Part shown: piece after piece, positions 1 to 6,809 of the stretch | Numbering within the stretch: the stretch's first letter is position 1 | Layout: each line of letters begins with the position of its first letter | NCBI GenBank assembly: GCA_034665545.1 | Contig: JAXDFO010000022.1 | Span: 1-13,250 of the forward strand | From: Blastocatellia bacterium | Lineage (GTDB): Bacteria; Acidobacteriota; Blastocatellia; Pyrinomonadales; Pyrinomonadaceae | Direction: 5' to 3' | Length of the DNA: 13,250 nt | The notes under the pieces: model-generated | Seen by the model: only the letters and a program-made list of their open reading frames with translations | What the model was told of the DNA's origin: nothing | The model's database searches: none | Program-made: the position numbers and the translations under genes

Positions 1-1698
1 TATAACAAGTATGTCGGGCATGATGACAACCGCGACTGGTACGCCTTCACGCAGGCAGAGACGCAGCTTGCGGTCGAGAAGATTCATAACGTCTGGCATC
101 CGCAGATAGTCCACGACATACACCAGCAGGGCGCGACGGGCGCGCGTCTCTTCCTGCCGCCGTACATGAAGCCCGTCGAGCCGAACGTGCCGACGCAACT
201 CGTCGAAGCCTATACGGAACTCGGCAACGCGATGGCGAAGGAGTTGCGCGCCGGAGGCTTGCAAGGCATTACGACCGATTCGACCTATGACGCCTGGACG
301 CCTGGACGCGCTTACTCGCACTATCACGGCGGCGTGCGGATTCTGTCGGAGACGGCTTCGGCGCGACTCGCCACGCCCCTCAACGTCAAGTTCGAGGAAC
401 TGCAACCGGGCGAAGGCTATGACCCGTCGAAGGAGGCCGCCAATTTTGGACCAGTCTGGCGCGGCGGCGAATGGCGCTTGCGCGACATCACGAACTATAT
501 GACGAGCGCGGCCTTCGCTCTCTTAAAGCACGCCGCGCAGAACCGCGAGCATTGGCTCTCCCGTTTTTATCAGATAGGAAAGGAAGCGGTGCGACCGCGC
601 CGCGATGGCGAGTTGTTCGGCTTTCTCATTTCGTCTCCGAAGGGTCCGGGCATAGACGAAAACATAGTGGGGATGGAACGCCTCGCAGAGATACTGCGAC
701 GCGGCGGCGTCGAGACGAGCTATACCTACGATGGCATCGTCGTGCCAATGGCGCAGCCCTACGGCGGCTTCGCCAAAGGCCTGCTCGAAGCGCAACACTA
801 CCCGGACCTGCGCGATGCTGAAGGCAGACCCATCCCGCCTTACGATGTGACCGCGCACACGCTGCCTCTGCTGTTGGGAGTCGAAGCGAAGCCGTTGCTC
901 GCTCCCTTCAAATATATAGCGAGGGGGCACGGGGCGGGCATCGGCGGGTGTGGACAAAAGCCTGGCCGTCTAGCCATCTACAAGTCTCACGTCCCCGCGA
1001 TAGACGAAGGCTGGACGCGTTGGGCCATAGAAGACGGCGGGTGCGTTAATCATTCTCCGCTCGAAGACAGGGAGGCGCGCGCGGGCAACCTTCGCGCCAG
1101 CTACGATGTCATCATCATCCCCGACCAGGCGGCGCGCACCATCCTCAACGGTCATAAAGCGGGCACGATGCCGCCCGAATTGACCGGTGGACTCGGCGCG
1201 GAAGGCGTGCGCGCGTTGCGCGAATTTGTAGAAGCGGGCGGGACGTTGATAGCCTTGAACAGGGCTTCGGATTTCGCCATCGAACAGTTTAAGCTGCCCG
1301 TGCGCGATGTAACTCTGGGCCTCAAGCGAACGGAGTTTTACGCGCCCGGCTCTATCTTGCGAACCATCGTTGACCGCTCTCATCCGATTGCTAAAGGGAT
1401 GCCGGGGGAGTCCATCGCGTGGGTGGAAAATTCGCCTGTCTTCGAGACGAGCGAACCTGCGCGGGGCGGGCGCGTCCGCGTCATCGCCAGTTATCCGGGC
1501 GATGCTAATCCACTTCTTTCAGGCTGGCTTCTGGGCGATGCCAGAATGCGAGGCAAGGCCGCGCTTCTTGAGGTCACGCTCGGCAAGGGCCGCATCTATC
1601 TGTTCGGGTTTCGCCCGCAATATCGCGGCCAATCCTTAGCGACCTACCCGCTCTTCTTTAACGCCATCATGCAAGCCTTGAATGACCGAAAAGAGTGA
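1..1698 (+). CDS. Peptidase M14-like protein, C-terminal portion, with a class-I glutamine-amidotransferase-like (DJ-1/PfpI-type) C-terminal domain. The 5' end lies outside the window.
   Basis: Frame 1 is open from base 1 (YNKYVGHDDNRDWYAFTQAETQ...) through the TGA at 1696-1698. The listed ORF beginning at Met166 is therefore an internal Met of a longer gene. Codon usage is GC-rich and consistent, with no competing ORF. The C-terminal segment (IIIPDQAA...GGTLIALNRASDF...YLFGFRPQYRGQS) resembles GATase1-like domains found at the C-terminus of large bacterial M14-family proteins. The M14 assignment is from memory of that family architecture. The zinc-ligand motifs would lie upstream of the window. 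Confidence 0.45.
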   Translation, partial: YNKYVGHDDNRDWYAFTQAETQLAVEKIHNVWHPQIVHDIHQQGATGARLFLPPYMKPVEPNVPTQLVEAYTELGNAMAKELRAGGLQGITTDSTYDAWTPGRAYSHYHGGVRILSETASARLATPLNVKFEELQPGEGYDPSKEAANFGPVWRGGEWRLRDITNYMTSAAFALLKHAAQNREHWLSRFYQIGKEAVRPRRDGELFGFLISSPKGPGIDENIVGMERLAEILRRGGVETSYTYDGIVVPMAQPYGGFAKGLLEAQHYPDLRDAEGRPIPPYDVTAHTLPLLLGVEAKPLLAPFKYIARGHGAGIGGCGQKPGRLAIYKSHVPAIDEGWTRWAIEDGGCVNHSPLEDREARAGNLRASYDVIIIPDQAARTILNGHKAGTMPPELTGGLGAEGVRALREFVEAGGTLIALNRASDFAIEQFKLPVRDVTLGLKRTEFYAPGSILRTIVDRSHPIAKGMPGESIAWVENSPVFETSEPARGGRVRVIASYPGDANPLLSGWLLGDARMRGKAALLEVTLGKGRIYLFGFRPQYRGQSLATYPLFFNAIMQALNDRKE

Positions 1699-1790
1699 CG
1701 GTCGGAGGGCCAAAAGTGTTATAAATGGAGTGTGCGGTTGCGGAAACATTTGGGTCCGCGCCGTCGTATTAGTGTTGAAGGTAACGCGCC

Positions 1791-2507
1791 GTGTTGGGGC
1801 GTTCAAAGCCTAAAATGGGCACTCTTTTCATCACCTCTTTTTTCCTGCTGGGAATCATCATTTTCGCTCTCTATCTACGGCACAACGCTTCTTCTTCGGA
1901 TGACTCCGCCGGACATGCTTTACCGCCTTACGGGCGTTTCGCAGGACTCTTCGGCGACCACGCGGAGATTCAACAGCCAAAGGATGAAGGCGCGTCGGAT
2001 GCGGAACTCGCGTTGAGACGCGCGCGCCTGCTCGGATTAGCCGGGTCGGGCCAGCGAGAGAGTCTTGATGAAGCGCATGCGAGCGGCGATGCCGGGCTTT
2101 ATGATGAAGTCCTGGATAAGCTCGTCTCTCATGCTGCGCATTCGGATAAGAGCCTGCTCGCGCTCGTTTCTTACATCACGCGCACGGAAAGCTTGCGCGT
2201 CAATCGAAGGCTCGCGGAGGCTTTGATGGAAAGCTGGCAGAAGGCTCCCGCGAGGGCCGCGACCGCGAAGATGCTGCACATCGTCGCGCTCGCTGACGAT
2301 GCCTCTCTATACCGTCAGGCGGTCGAAATCGCTCTTCGTCTCTGGCGCGAAGGGCGCGTGCCGGACCTGACCTCGACGGAACTACGCGCGCTGGCCGATG
2401 GCGAGTACTGGGTGCTCACTACCGGGACCAGAAATTCCGGCGCGGGCTTTATGCTCAAGCGCACGCTGGCACACATGCGCCGCGAACTCGAAGAAGGCGC
2501 GAGGTGA
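1791..2507 (+). CDS. Hypothetical protein with one N-terminal transmembrane helix (TLFITSFFLLGIIIFALYL) and an alpha-helical Ala/Leu/Arg-rich C-terminal domain. The start may be GTG 1791 or ATG 1815.
   Basis: A 238-codon ORF lies on the same strand 75 bp upstream of the flotillin-like gene. A hydrophobic stretch begins right after the internal Met at 1815. A weak AAGG lies about 10 nt upstream of GTG 1791. I recognise no family. Confidence 0.45.
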   Translation: MLGRSKPKMGTLFITSFFLLGIIIFALYLRHNASSSDDSAGHALPPYGRFAGLFGDHAEIQQPKDEGASDAELALRRARLLGLAGSGQRESLDEAHASGDAGLYDEVLDKLVSHAAHSDKSLLALVSYITRTESLRVNRRLAEALMESWQKAPARAATAKMLHIVALADDASLYRQAVEIALRLWREGRVPDLTSTELRALADGEYWVLTTGTRNSGAGFMLKRTLAHMRRELEEGAR

Positions 2508-2511
2508 GAGC

Positions 2512-2534
2512 CGAAGCTTGAATGCTTTTTTTTG
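2512..2534 (+). terminator. Weak candidate intrinsic terminator: a short stem (gaagc/gcttt) followed by a T8 run.
   Basis: The sequence ccgaagcttgaatgcttttttttgag lies 5 nt after the stop at 2505-2507. The stem is only ~5 bp including one G-U pair, so it is weak. A run of 8 T is conspicuous in a ~62% GC background. Confidence 0.25.
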
Positions 2535-2582
2535 AGAACTCTAACAACTGGTAAGCCAACCAACTTTTGAGGACTAAAATCA

Positions 2583-4775
2583 ATGAACATCTCAGACATT
2601 CCGTTTATCATTCCTTTGGTCATCATCGCGGTCTTGATTTTCGCCGCGTTGATTCTTCTGAAAATGTTTTTCGTGAGCGTCAAGGCGCGCGAGATTGCCA
2701 TCAAAGAGCGGCGTTATTTGGGCCGCAAGATGCCTCCGGGGCGCGTCGTCGCCGTCGAGGGAGAGGTCGGCATTCAGGCGGACGTGCTCAAGCCCGGACT
2801 GCACTTCATCATGTGGCCCATCGAGCGCGTCGAGAGTAAGGTGCGCCTGATAGAAATCGGCGCGGACGAACTCGGCATCGTCGAGGCAGTGGACGGCGAG
2901 CCGATGCCGCCGGGCCGCGTCTTCGCGCCCGACCGCGCGCAGAACGCGCACAACAATTTTCAAGACCCCATCGCCTTCATCAAACAGGGCGGCGTCAAGG
3001 GCATACAGCTACGCACGCTCCCGCCTGGACTGTGGCCCATTCACCCGTATCTCTTCCGCGTCTCCATCGCCAAAACGACCGTCGTGCCGCAGGGCAAGGT
3101 CGGGGTCGTGACGGCGGCAGACGGCGCGCCGCTTGATCCGGGCCGCCTGCTCGGCAAGGCCATTCAGGAGCATCTCAACTTTCAGGACGCGGAACGCTTC
3201 GTCTACTCCGGCGGCCAGAAGGGTCCGCAGGTTGACATCCTGACGCCCGGAACCTATCGCATCCTCACGCAATCGCTGCCCGTGGACGGCGGCACGCAGA
3301 CCAAGCCCGGCCTCTTCTACATACGCTTCTTCGATGCCACCGTCATCAACGAGAATCAGGTCGGACTGGTCGAAGCCCTCGACGGCTCGCCGCTTAACCC
3401 GCGCGATTACGTCGCCACGCCCGTTGATGGACACGATAATTTTCAGGACGCGCACGAGTTCATCAACCACGGCGGCCAGCGTGGTCCACAAAAGGACATC
3501 CTGCTGCCCGGCACTTACTACATCAACCCGCTTCTCTTCAAAGTGATTCTAGAATCCGCCAAAGAGGTCAAGCCCGGCGAGGTCGCCGTCATCGTCTCCA
3601 ACACTGGCAAAGACCCTTCCGATGAGGTGCGCCGCGAGATGGCTAAGAAAGTGCGCGAGCGCATGGAACGTGAGGAGAACGAGCAGGCGGAGCAATCCGC
3701 CGCGCGCCTCGACAAGATTGACGACGACCGCACCATCGAACAGATTAAGCAGGATTTGATGACGGGCGACCCGGCAGACCGTCGCCTTGATGAAGGCGCG
3801 CACGAAGCCTACGTCGTCCCCGAAGGCTATCGCGGCATACAGGAGACCGTGGTTGGACCAGGCCGTTATTACGTCAACGTTCTAGCCATCACGCCCATCG
3901 TCATCCCCACGACCAACCAGACGGTCGAATGGACTGCGGGCGAAGTCGTCAACACCTTCAATCCCTTCGAGGTCATCTCGAAGGACGGCTTCACGATGCA
4001 ACTCGAAGTGCGCGTCGTCTTTCGCGTCAAGCCGGAGGACGCGCCCTTCATGGTCGCCAAAATCGGCGGCATCGAACGGCTCATTCAGAACGTGATGCAC
4101 CCGCTCATTGATTCCATCTTCCGCAACCAGGCGTCCGAGAGTTCTGCGATGGCCTACTTGCAGAATCGTCACGAAGAGCAGGAACGCGCAGAGGCCAGAG
4201 TGCGCGCGCATCTGCTCAAGTATCACGTTGATGTCGTCAACGTGCTCATCTGCCACATACACCTGCCCGAAGAGTTGATGAAGACGCAGACCGAGAAGAT
4301 TCTCGCGGAGCAGAAACAGAACATGTACGACGCGCAGCGAGAGGCAGAGGAAAAGCGCATCCAGCTTGAGCGAACCAGGTCGCAGGCAGACAACCAGAAA
4401 GACCTCATGTCGGCCACGGTCGGCGTCGAGATAGCTGGCAAGCGTTCCGAGCAGCGCAAGGCCGAAGCCGATGGCGAAGCCCACTACATCCTCGCCACGG
4501 GCAAGGCCGAAGCCGAGAAGGTGCGTCTCATGGGCGAGGCGCAGGGCGTCGCCTATCACGAGCAGGTCAACGCGCTCGGCGCGCAGGGCGTCGCCCTCGT
4601 CGAGACCCTCAAGGTCATCGGCGAAAAGGGCGTCCGCATCACTCCCGATATTATGGCCTCCGGCGGCACGGGCGACGGCGCGGGCGGCATCGGCACGCTC
4701 CTTCTTCTCAACCTCTTCAAAGACCGTCTCAGCTTCCCCGCCGAGAACGGCTCGAAGACCGCCGTCAACAAGTAA
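2583..4775 (+). CDS. Flotillin-like SPFH/band-7 family membrane protein (FloT/YqiK-like), 730 aa. It has an N-terminal TM helix and an expanded N-terminal repeat region.
   Basis: A GAGGA Shine-Dalgarno site lies 10 nt upstream of the ATG. The N-terminus is hydrophobic (IPFIIPLVIIAVLIFAALILL). The SPFH core is present (FEVISKDGFTMQLEVRVVFRVKPEDAPFMVAKIGG...). A flotillin-type Glu/Ala/Lys-rich coiled-coil C-terminus is present (KAEADGEAHYILATGKAEAEKVRLMGEAQG...TLKVIGEKGVRITPD). Between the TM and the core there are three tandem ~65-aa modules, aa ~93-165, 171-235 and 258-322, i.e. nt ~2859-3548. They share GxVxAxDGxPxxPGR...NFQD...F...GGxKGxQ...LxPGxYxIxPxLF+V. A partial copy sits at aa 44-88. 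Confidence 0.8.
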   Translation: MNISDIPFIIPLVIIAVLIFAALILLKMFFVSVKAREIAIKERRYLGRKMPPGRVVAVEGEVGIQADVLKPGLHFIMWPIERVESKVRLIEIGADELGIVEAVDGEPMPPGRVFAPDRAQNAHNNFQDPIAFIKQGGVKGIQLRTLPPGLWPIHPYLFRVSIAKTTVVPQGKVGVVTAADGAPLDPGRLLGKAIQEHLNFQDAERFVYSGGQKGPQVDILTPGTYRILTQSLPVDGGTQTKPGLFYIRFFDATVINENQVGLVEALDGSPLNPRDYVATPVDGHDNFQDAHEFINHGGQRGPQKDILLPGTYYINPLLFKVILESAKEVKPGEVAVIVSNTGKDPSDEVRREMAKKVRERMEREENEQAEQSAARLDKIDDDRTIEQIKQDLMTGDPADRRLDEGAHEAYVVPEGYRGIQETVVGPGRYYVNVLAITPIVIPTTNQTVEWTAGEVVNTFNPFEVISKDGFTMQLEVRVVFRVKPEDAPFMVAKIGGIERLIQNVMHPLIDSIFRNQASESSAMAYLQNRHEEQERAEARVRAHLLKYHVDVVNVLICHIHLPEELMKTQTEKILAEQKQNMYDAQREAEEKRIQLERTRSQADNQKDLMSATVGVEIAGKRSEQRKAEADGEAHYILATGKAEAEKVRLMGEAQGVAYHEQVNALGAQGVALVETLKVIGEKGVRITPDIMASGGTGDGAGGIGTLLLLNLFKDRLSFPAENGSKTAVNK

Positions 4776-4785
4776 GCCAGACCTC

Positions 4786-4834
4786 ATGAAAGCGAAAGCG
4801 GCTGCTCGCAACGGGCAGCCGCTTTCGCTTTCAT
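4786..4834. terminator. Bidirectional hairpin terminator between convergent genes. It has a perfect 20-bp stem and a 9-nt loop with no U-tract.
   Basis: atgaaagcgaaagcggctgc (4786-4805), then tcgcaacgg, then gcagccgctttcgctttcat (4815-4834) is an exact reverse complement. It lies 11 nt after the flotillin-like stop and 31 nt before the stop of the minus-strand gene at 4866. Confidence 0.6.
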
Positions 4835-4865
4835 CTACGCTCAACTTCCTATCTGCAAACCTTGC

Positions 4866-5294
4866 TTATGTCTCAATCGAAGTTGACTTGAGACCGGCGA
4901 GGCTGCCGTCATCTGTGCGACCGAAGAGGAAGAAGCGGACGTTGACCACGTTCTCGCCGCGCACGTAGACCGTCCGCAGGTCTGAGAGTGTGTCCCTCAT
5001 CACCTTTTCCAACAGGGTGTAGGCCGCGACCGTATCCTCTTCGTTATTGCCCGCGTCTTTATACTGTTCAAAGAAGTCGTCCGCCGGGCGCATGTCAATC
5101 GTGTAGCGGCTGCCGATTTTGAGGGCGGCGCGAAAGCTCTCCTCATCCAGTCCGGTCTCCTTCGGCATGGCGGCGGCGAAGGCTTTATAACCGTAGTCGG
5201 ATTCGCTCACGAGGTAGACATCCGAGGCCAATGCTTGAAAGGCTTTGGAGAGATTGACGGCGAGTTTCGGGGTCTGGCTATCTTGGTCGGGCAT
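4866..5294 (-). CDS. Nuclease A inhibitor-like protein (NuiA family), 142 aa.
   Basis: An AAAGGAG Shine-Dalgarno site lies 5 nt upstream of the ATG at 5294 (minus strand). The protein contains ...LVSESDYGYKAF... and a C-terminal VYVRGENVVNVRFFLFGRTDDGSLAGLKSTSIET. As I recall it, these match the Anabaena NuiA pattern (LFMSESEYPFEVF ... VYRLGEVELDVYVIGETPAGNLAGISTKVVET). The comparison is from memory, not alignment. Confidence 0.5.
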   Translation of the reverse strand: MPDQDSQTPKLAVNLSKAFQALASDVYLVSESDYGYKAFAAAMPKETGLDEESFRAALKIGSRYTIDMRPADDFFEQYKDAGNNEEDTVAAYTLLEKVMRDTLSDLRTVYVRGENVVNVRFFLFGRTDDGSLAGLKSTSIET

Positions 5295-5346
5295 ATCTGT
5301 CTCCTTTCAGGATGCTGGTCTGTTTACTGGTCCAGTAATGAGACGA

Positions 5347-5376
5347 TAGTAGCACTGGCCCTTGAGTGTGAACAAC
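5347..5376 (-). promoter_or_regulatory. Candidate sigma70-like promoter for the NuiA-like gene: TTGTTC-N18-TACTAT on the minus strand.
   Basis: Plus-strand gaacaa at 5371-5376 and atagta at 5347-5352 read on the minus strand as a -35/-10 pair with an 18-nt spacer. It lies ~55 nt upstream of the ATG. This is a motif match only. Confidence 0.2.
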
Positions 5377-5508
5377 AAGCTTGCTTCTTGCATTATTTTC
5401 TCTATCTTCTTATCGTGTGCGTGCCGATTTTCATGCTCCCCGCCAAATCATGGATATCCTGCTGCCGTAGTTGTGTCAGTCTGCGTTGTGTATATATGAA
5501 AGCGCAAT

Positions 5509-5600
5509 TCACCACAGGGACACAGGGCACACAGAGGACGGCACAGAGAGATTGATTTGATAACTCTGTGCGCGCTCTGTGTTCTCTGCGCCTCTGTGGT
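5509..5600. repeat. Imperfect ~40-bp-arm inverted repeat built from heptamer direct repeats: CACAGGG/CACAGAG x4 on the left arm and CTCTGTG x3-4 on the right arm, centred on attgatttgataa.
   Basis: The left arm is caccacagggacacagggcacacagaggacggcacagagag. The reverse complement of the right arm (5564-5600) is caccacagaggcgcagagaacacagagcgcgcacagag. The outer 8 bp are identical, the overall design is the same, and identity is ~65-70%. It lies immediately 3' of the minus-strand gene ending at 5620 and 5' of the NuiA-like gene. Confidence 0.6.
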
Positions 5601-5619
5601 GAACGCCCTGTTCCAGTTT

Positions 5620-5982
5620 CTACTTGGTCGGTGTTGGGGTCTTCTTCTTGCGCGTGAGGCCGCTCTTGCGCTCGCTGGCGCGCGTGTAGCCGCAGGCTTC
5701 GTAGAGGTCGCTATCCGGGCCTTCGGTCGGGTCCGCGAGAATGCCGTTGACGGCCAACTGGATGCGGCGCAGGCTCGTCTCATCGGCCTGCTCTCGCCTG
5801 ACCTGTGCAGATTGAAGCTCACCTTCGAGCCTCTCTATATCTTCGCGCGCATCAAGCGACGGCTGGACCTGCGCCTTAAATTGAACGAGCGTCATTCCGC
5901 CGAAAGATTTGTCCGGGGTCTTCGTCTCCCACGCGCCGATCAGCAGTTGAATCTTTTCCAGGTTGCGTTTGGGGTTACTCAT
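5620..5982 (-). CDS. Hypothetical protein, 120 aa, with a predicted coiled-coil centre and a basic Lys/Thr/Pro-rich C-terminal tail.
   Basis: I place the start at the internal ATG at 5980-5982 rather than the ORF-track start at 6057. An AAGGAG Shine-Dalgarno site lies 8 nt upstream of this ATG on the minus strand. A near-consensus promoter sits further upstream (next feature). The stretch upstream of this ATG in the longer ORF is Arg-rich and looks like translated non-coding sequence. No family is recognised. Confidence 0.55.
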   Translation of the reverse strand: MSNPKRNLEKIQLLIGAWETKTPDKSFGGMTLVQFKAQVQPSLDAREDIERLEGELQSAQVRREQADETSLRRIQLAVNGILADPTEGPDSDLYEACGYTRASERKSGLTRKKKTPTPTK

Positions 5983-6025
5983 ACAGTTTGAACTCCTTCT
6001 TGAGGAAAGGTGAAGTTGCGGGCGC

Positions 6026-6053
6026 ATTCTATGCCAAAACAACCGTCTTGCAA
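6026..6053 (-). promoter_or_regulatory. Sigma70-like promoter TTGCAA-N16-TAGAAT (minus strand) driving the 120-aa hypothetical gene.
   Basis: Plus-strand ttgcaa at 6048-6053 and attcta at 6026-6031 read on the minus strand as -35 TTGCAA and -10 TAGAAT with a 16-nt spacer. This leaves a ~35-nt leader containing AAGGAG before the ATG at 5982. Confidence 0.4.
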
Positions 6054-6188
6054 ACACTATTTCCCATCATTCATGCCTCCGAGCCTCCCCGCCAGGACCG
6101 TTCCGGCAGCCCTTCCAACCCGACCGTGACAGAGATTGAGCCTGTTTCCCTTGCCACGGCCCCTTCACTCACGACGTTAAGCCCTTCA

Positions 6189-6337
6189 CCCGCACGCGCA
6201 AGCCTTGTGTGAGTAGACATAAGACTTGCGCGTGTTCACACAAATCTTGTGCGTGAAGATGAAAGGCTTGTGTGTGCGCGTGCAAGCCTTGCGTGCATAA
6301 CTGCAAGCCTTTCACCTGCACACACAAGCCTTTCATC
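6189..6337. repeat. Repeat-dense intergenic element with about six copies of the core CAAGCCTT / AAGGCTTG in both orientations, including a perfect 20-bp inverted repeat (6258-6277 / 6318-6337) with a 40-bp spacer.
   Basis: gatgaaaggcttgtgtgtgc at 6258-6277 is the exact reverse complement of gcacacacaagcctttcatc at 6318-6337. Core copies sit at ~6198, 6263 (inverted), 6282, 6304 and 6326. There is a further near-palindrome cacgcgcaagcc ... gacttgcgcgtg at 6192-6232. No ORF with coding character overlaps. The overlapping ORF 5988..6212 is Pro/Ser-rich nonsense. Confidence 0.6.
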
Positions 6338-6401
6338 TCCAAGTGTAACTTTCCGCCCGAATGTGATAATCAAGTGAGATGTGACGCCTCAACAGGCGTC
6401 A

Positions 6402-6430
6402 TTGTAACCACCTGTTAGGGCGTCTAATCT
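6402..6430 (+). promoter_or_regulatory. Candidate sigma70-like promoter TTGTAA-N17-TAATCT for the DUF4258/YgiT operon. An alternative is TTGAAT(6445)-N17-TAAACT(6468), which would give a leaderless GTG start.
   Basis: Motif match with ideal 17-nt spacing, ~50 nt upstream of GTG 6480. The 7-bp palindrome tgacgcc-tcaaca-ggcgtca at 6382-6400 abuts the -35, and a third ggcgtc lies inside the spacer. This is the kind of operator site an autoregulating antitoxin would bind. Confidence 0.3.
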
Positions 6431-6479
6431 GCGTTATGCTTCTGTTGAATCATAATGACAGCCACAGTAAACTTATGGC

Positions 6480-6809
6480 GTGACTCATGAGACAGACATC
6501 TTATCTTTAGTTCGGCAGGCGGTGGTCAAGCGTCTTTTGTTTCTCCCTCACGCAATCCGGCAGATGTCTCGACCAGATAGGCTGATTACCACGTCTGAAA
6601 TTCACAGGGTAGTTGAACACGGCGAAATCATTGAAGATTACCCTGAAGATGTGCGAGGACATAGTTGTTTGCTACTTGGCTATGGCGAAGATAGTCGCGT
6701 CATCCACGTTGTCTGCTCGCCTAAAGATGAATATCTGGCTATCATTACAGCGTATCTGCCTGATGAAGATGAATGGTCGGATAATTTCAAAGTGAGGGCA
6801 ATGTCGTGA
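6480..6809 (+). CDS. DUF4258 domain protein (putative toxin of a type II TA-like pair). The start is uncertain: GTG 6480, or GTG 6522 giving MVKRLLFLPHAIRQM...
   Basis: LFLPHAIRQMSRPDRLITTSEIHRVVEHGEIIEDYPED...CLLLGYGEDSRVIHVVC...YLAIITAYLPDEDEW matches the DUF4258 pattern as I know it. No Shine-Dalgarno site precedes GTG 6480. GC is lower than the flanks. The stop overlaps the next gene's start (GTGA). Confidence 0.65.
   Translation: MTHETDILSLVRQAVVKRLLFLPHAIRQMSRPDRLITTSEIHRVVEHGEIIEDYPEDVRGHSCLLLGYGEDSRVIHVVCSPKDEYLAIITAYLPDEDEWSDNFKVRAMS

Noticed and set aside
166-1698. Treating the first gene as complete, starting at Met166.
   Set aside because: The same frame is open all the way back to base 1 with coding-like composition. 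The gene almost certainly starts upstream of the window.
3882-4844. A 320-aa ORF on the minus strand, antisense to the flotillin-like gene.
   Set aside because: It is a GC-rich shadow ORF with Arg/Ala/Gly/Asp-biased low-complexity translation, no start context and no recognisable domain. The plus-strand gene has clear family motifs.
5988-6212. A 74-aa plus-strand ORF in the repeat-dense intergenic region.
   Set aside because: The Pro/Ser/Thr-rich product shows no coding periodicity. The region is better explained as promoter plus repeat DNA. The ORF also overlaps the minus-strand promoter of the 120-aa gene.
6455-6490. A small ORF ATG6455-TGA (MTATVNLWRDS) as a leader peptide for the DUF4258 gene.
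   Set aside because: It is 11 codons with no Shine-Dalgarno site and is out of frame. There is no evidence for it beyond chance.
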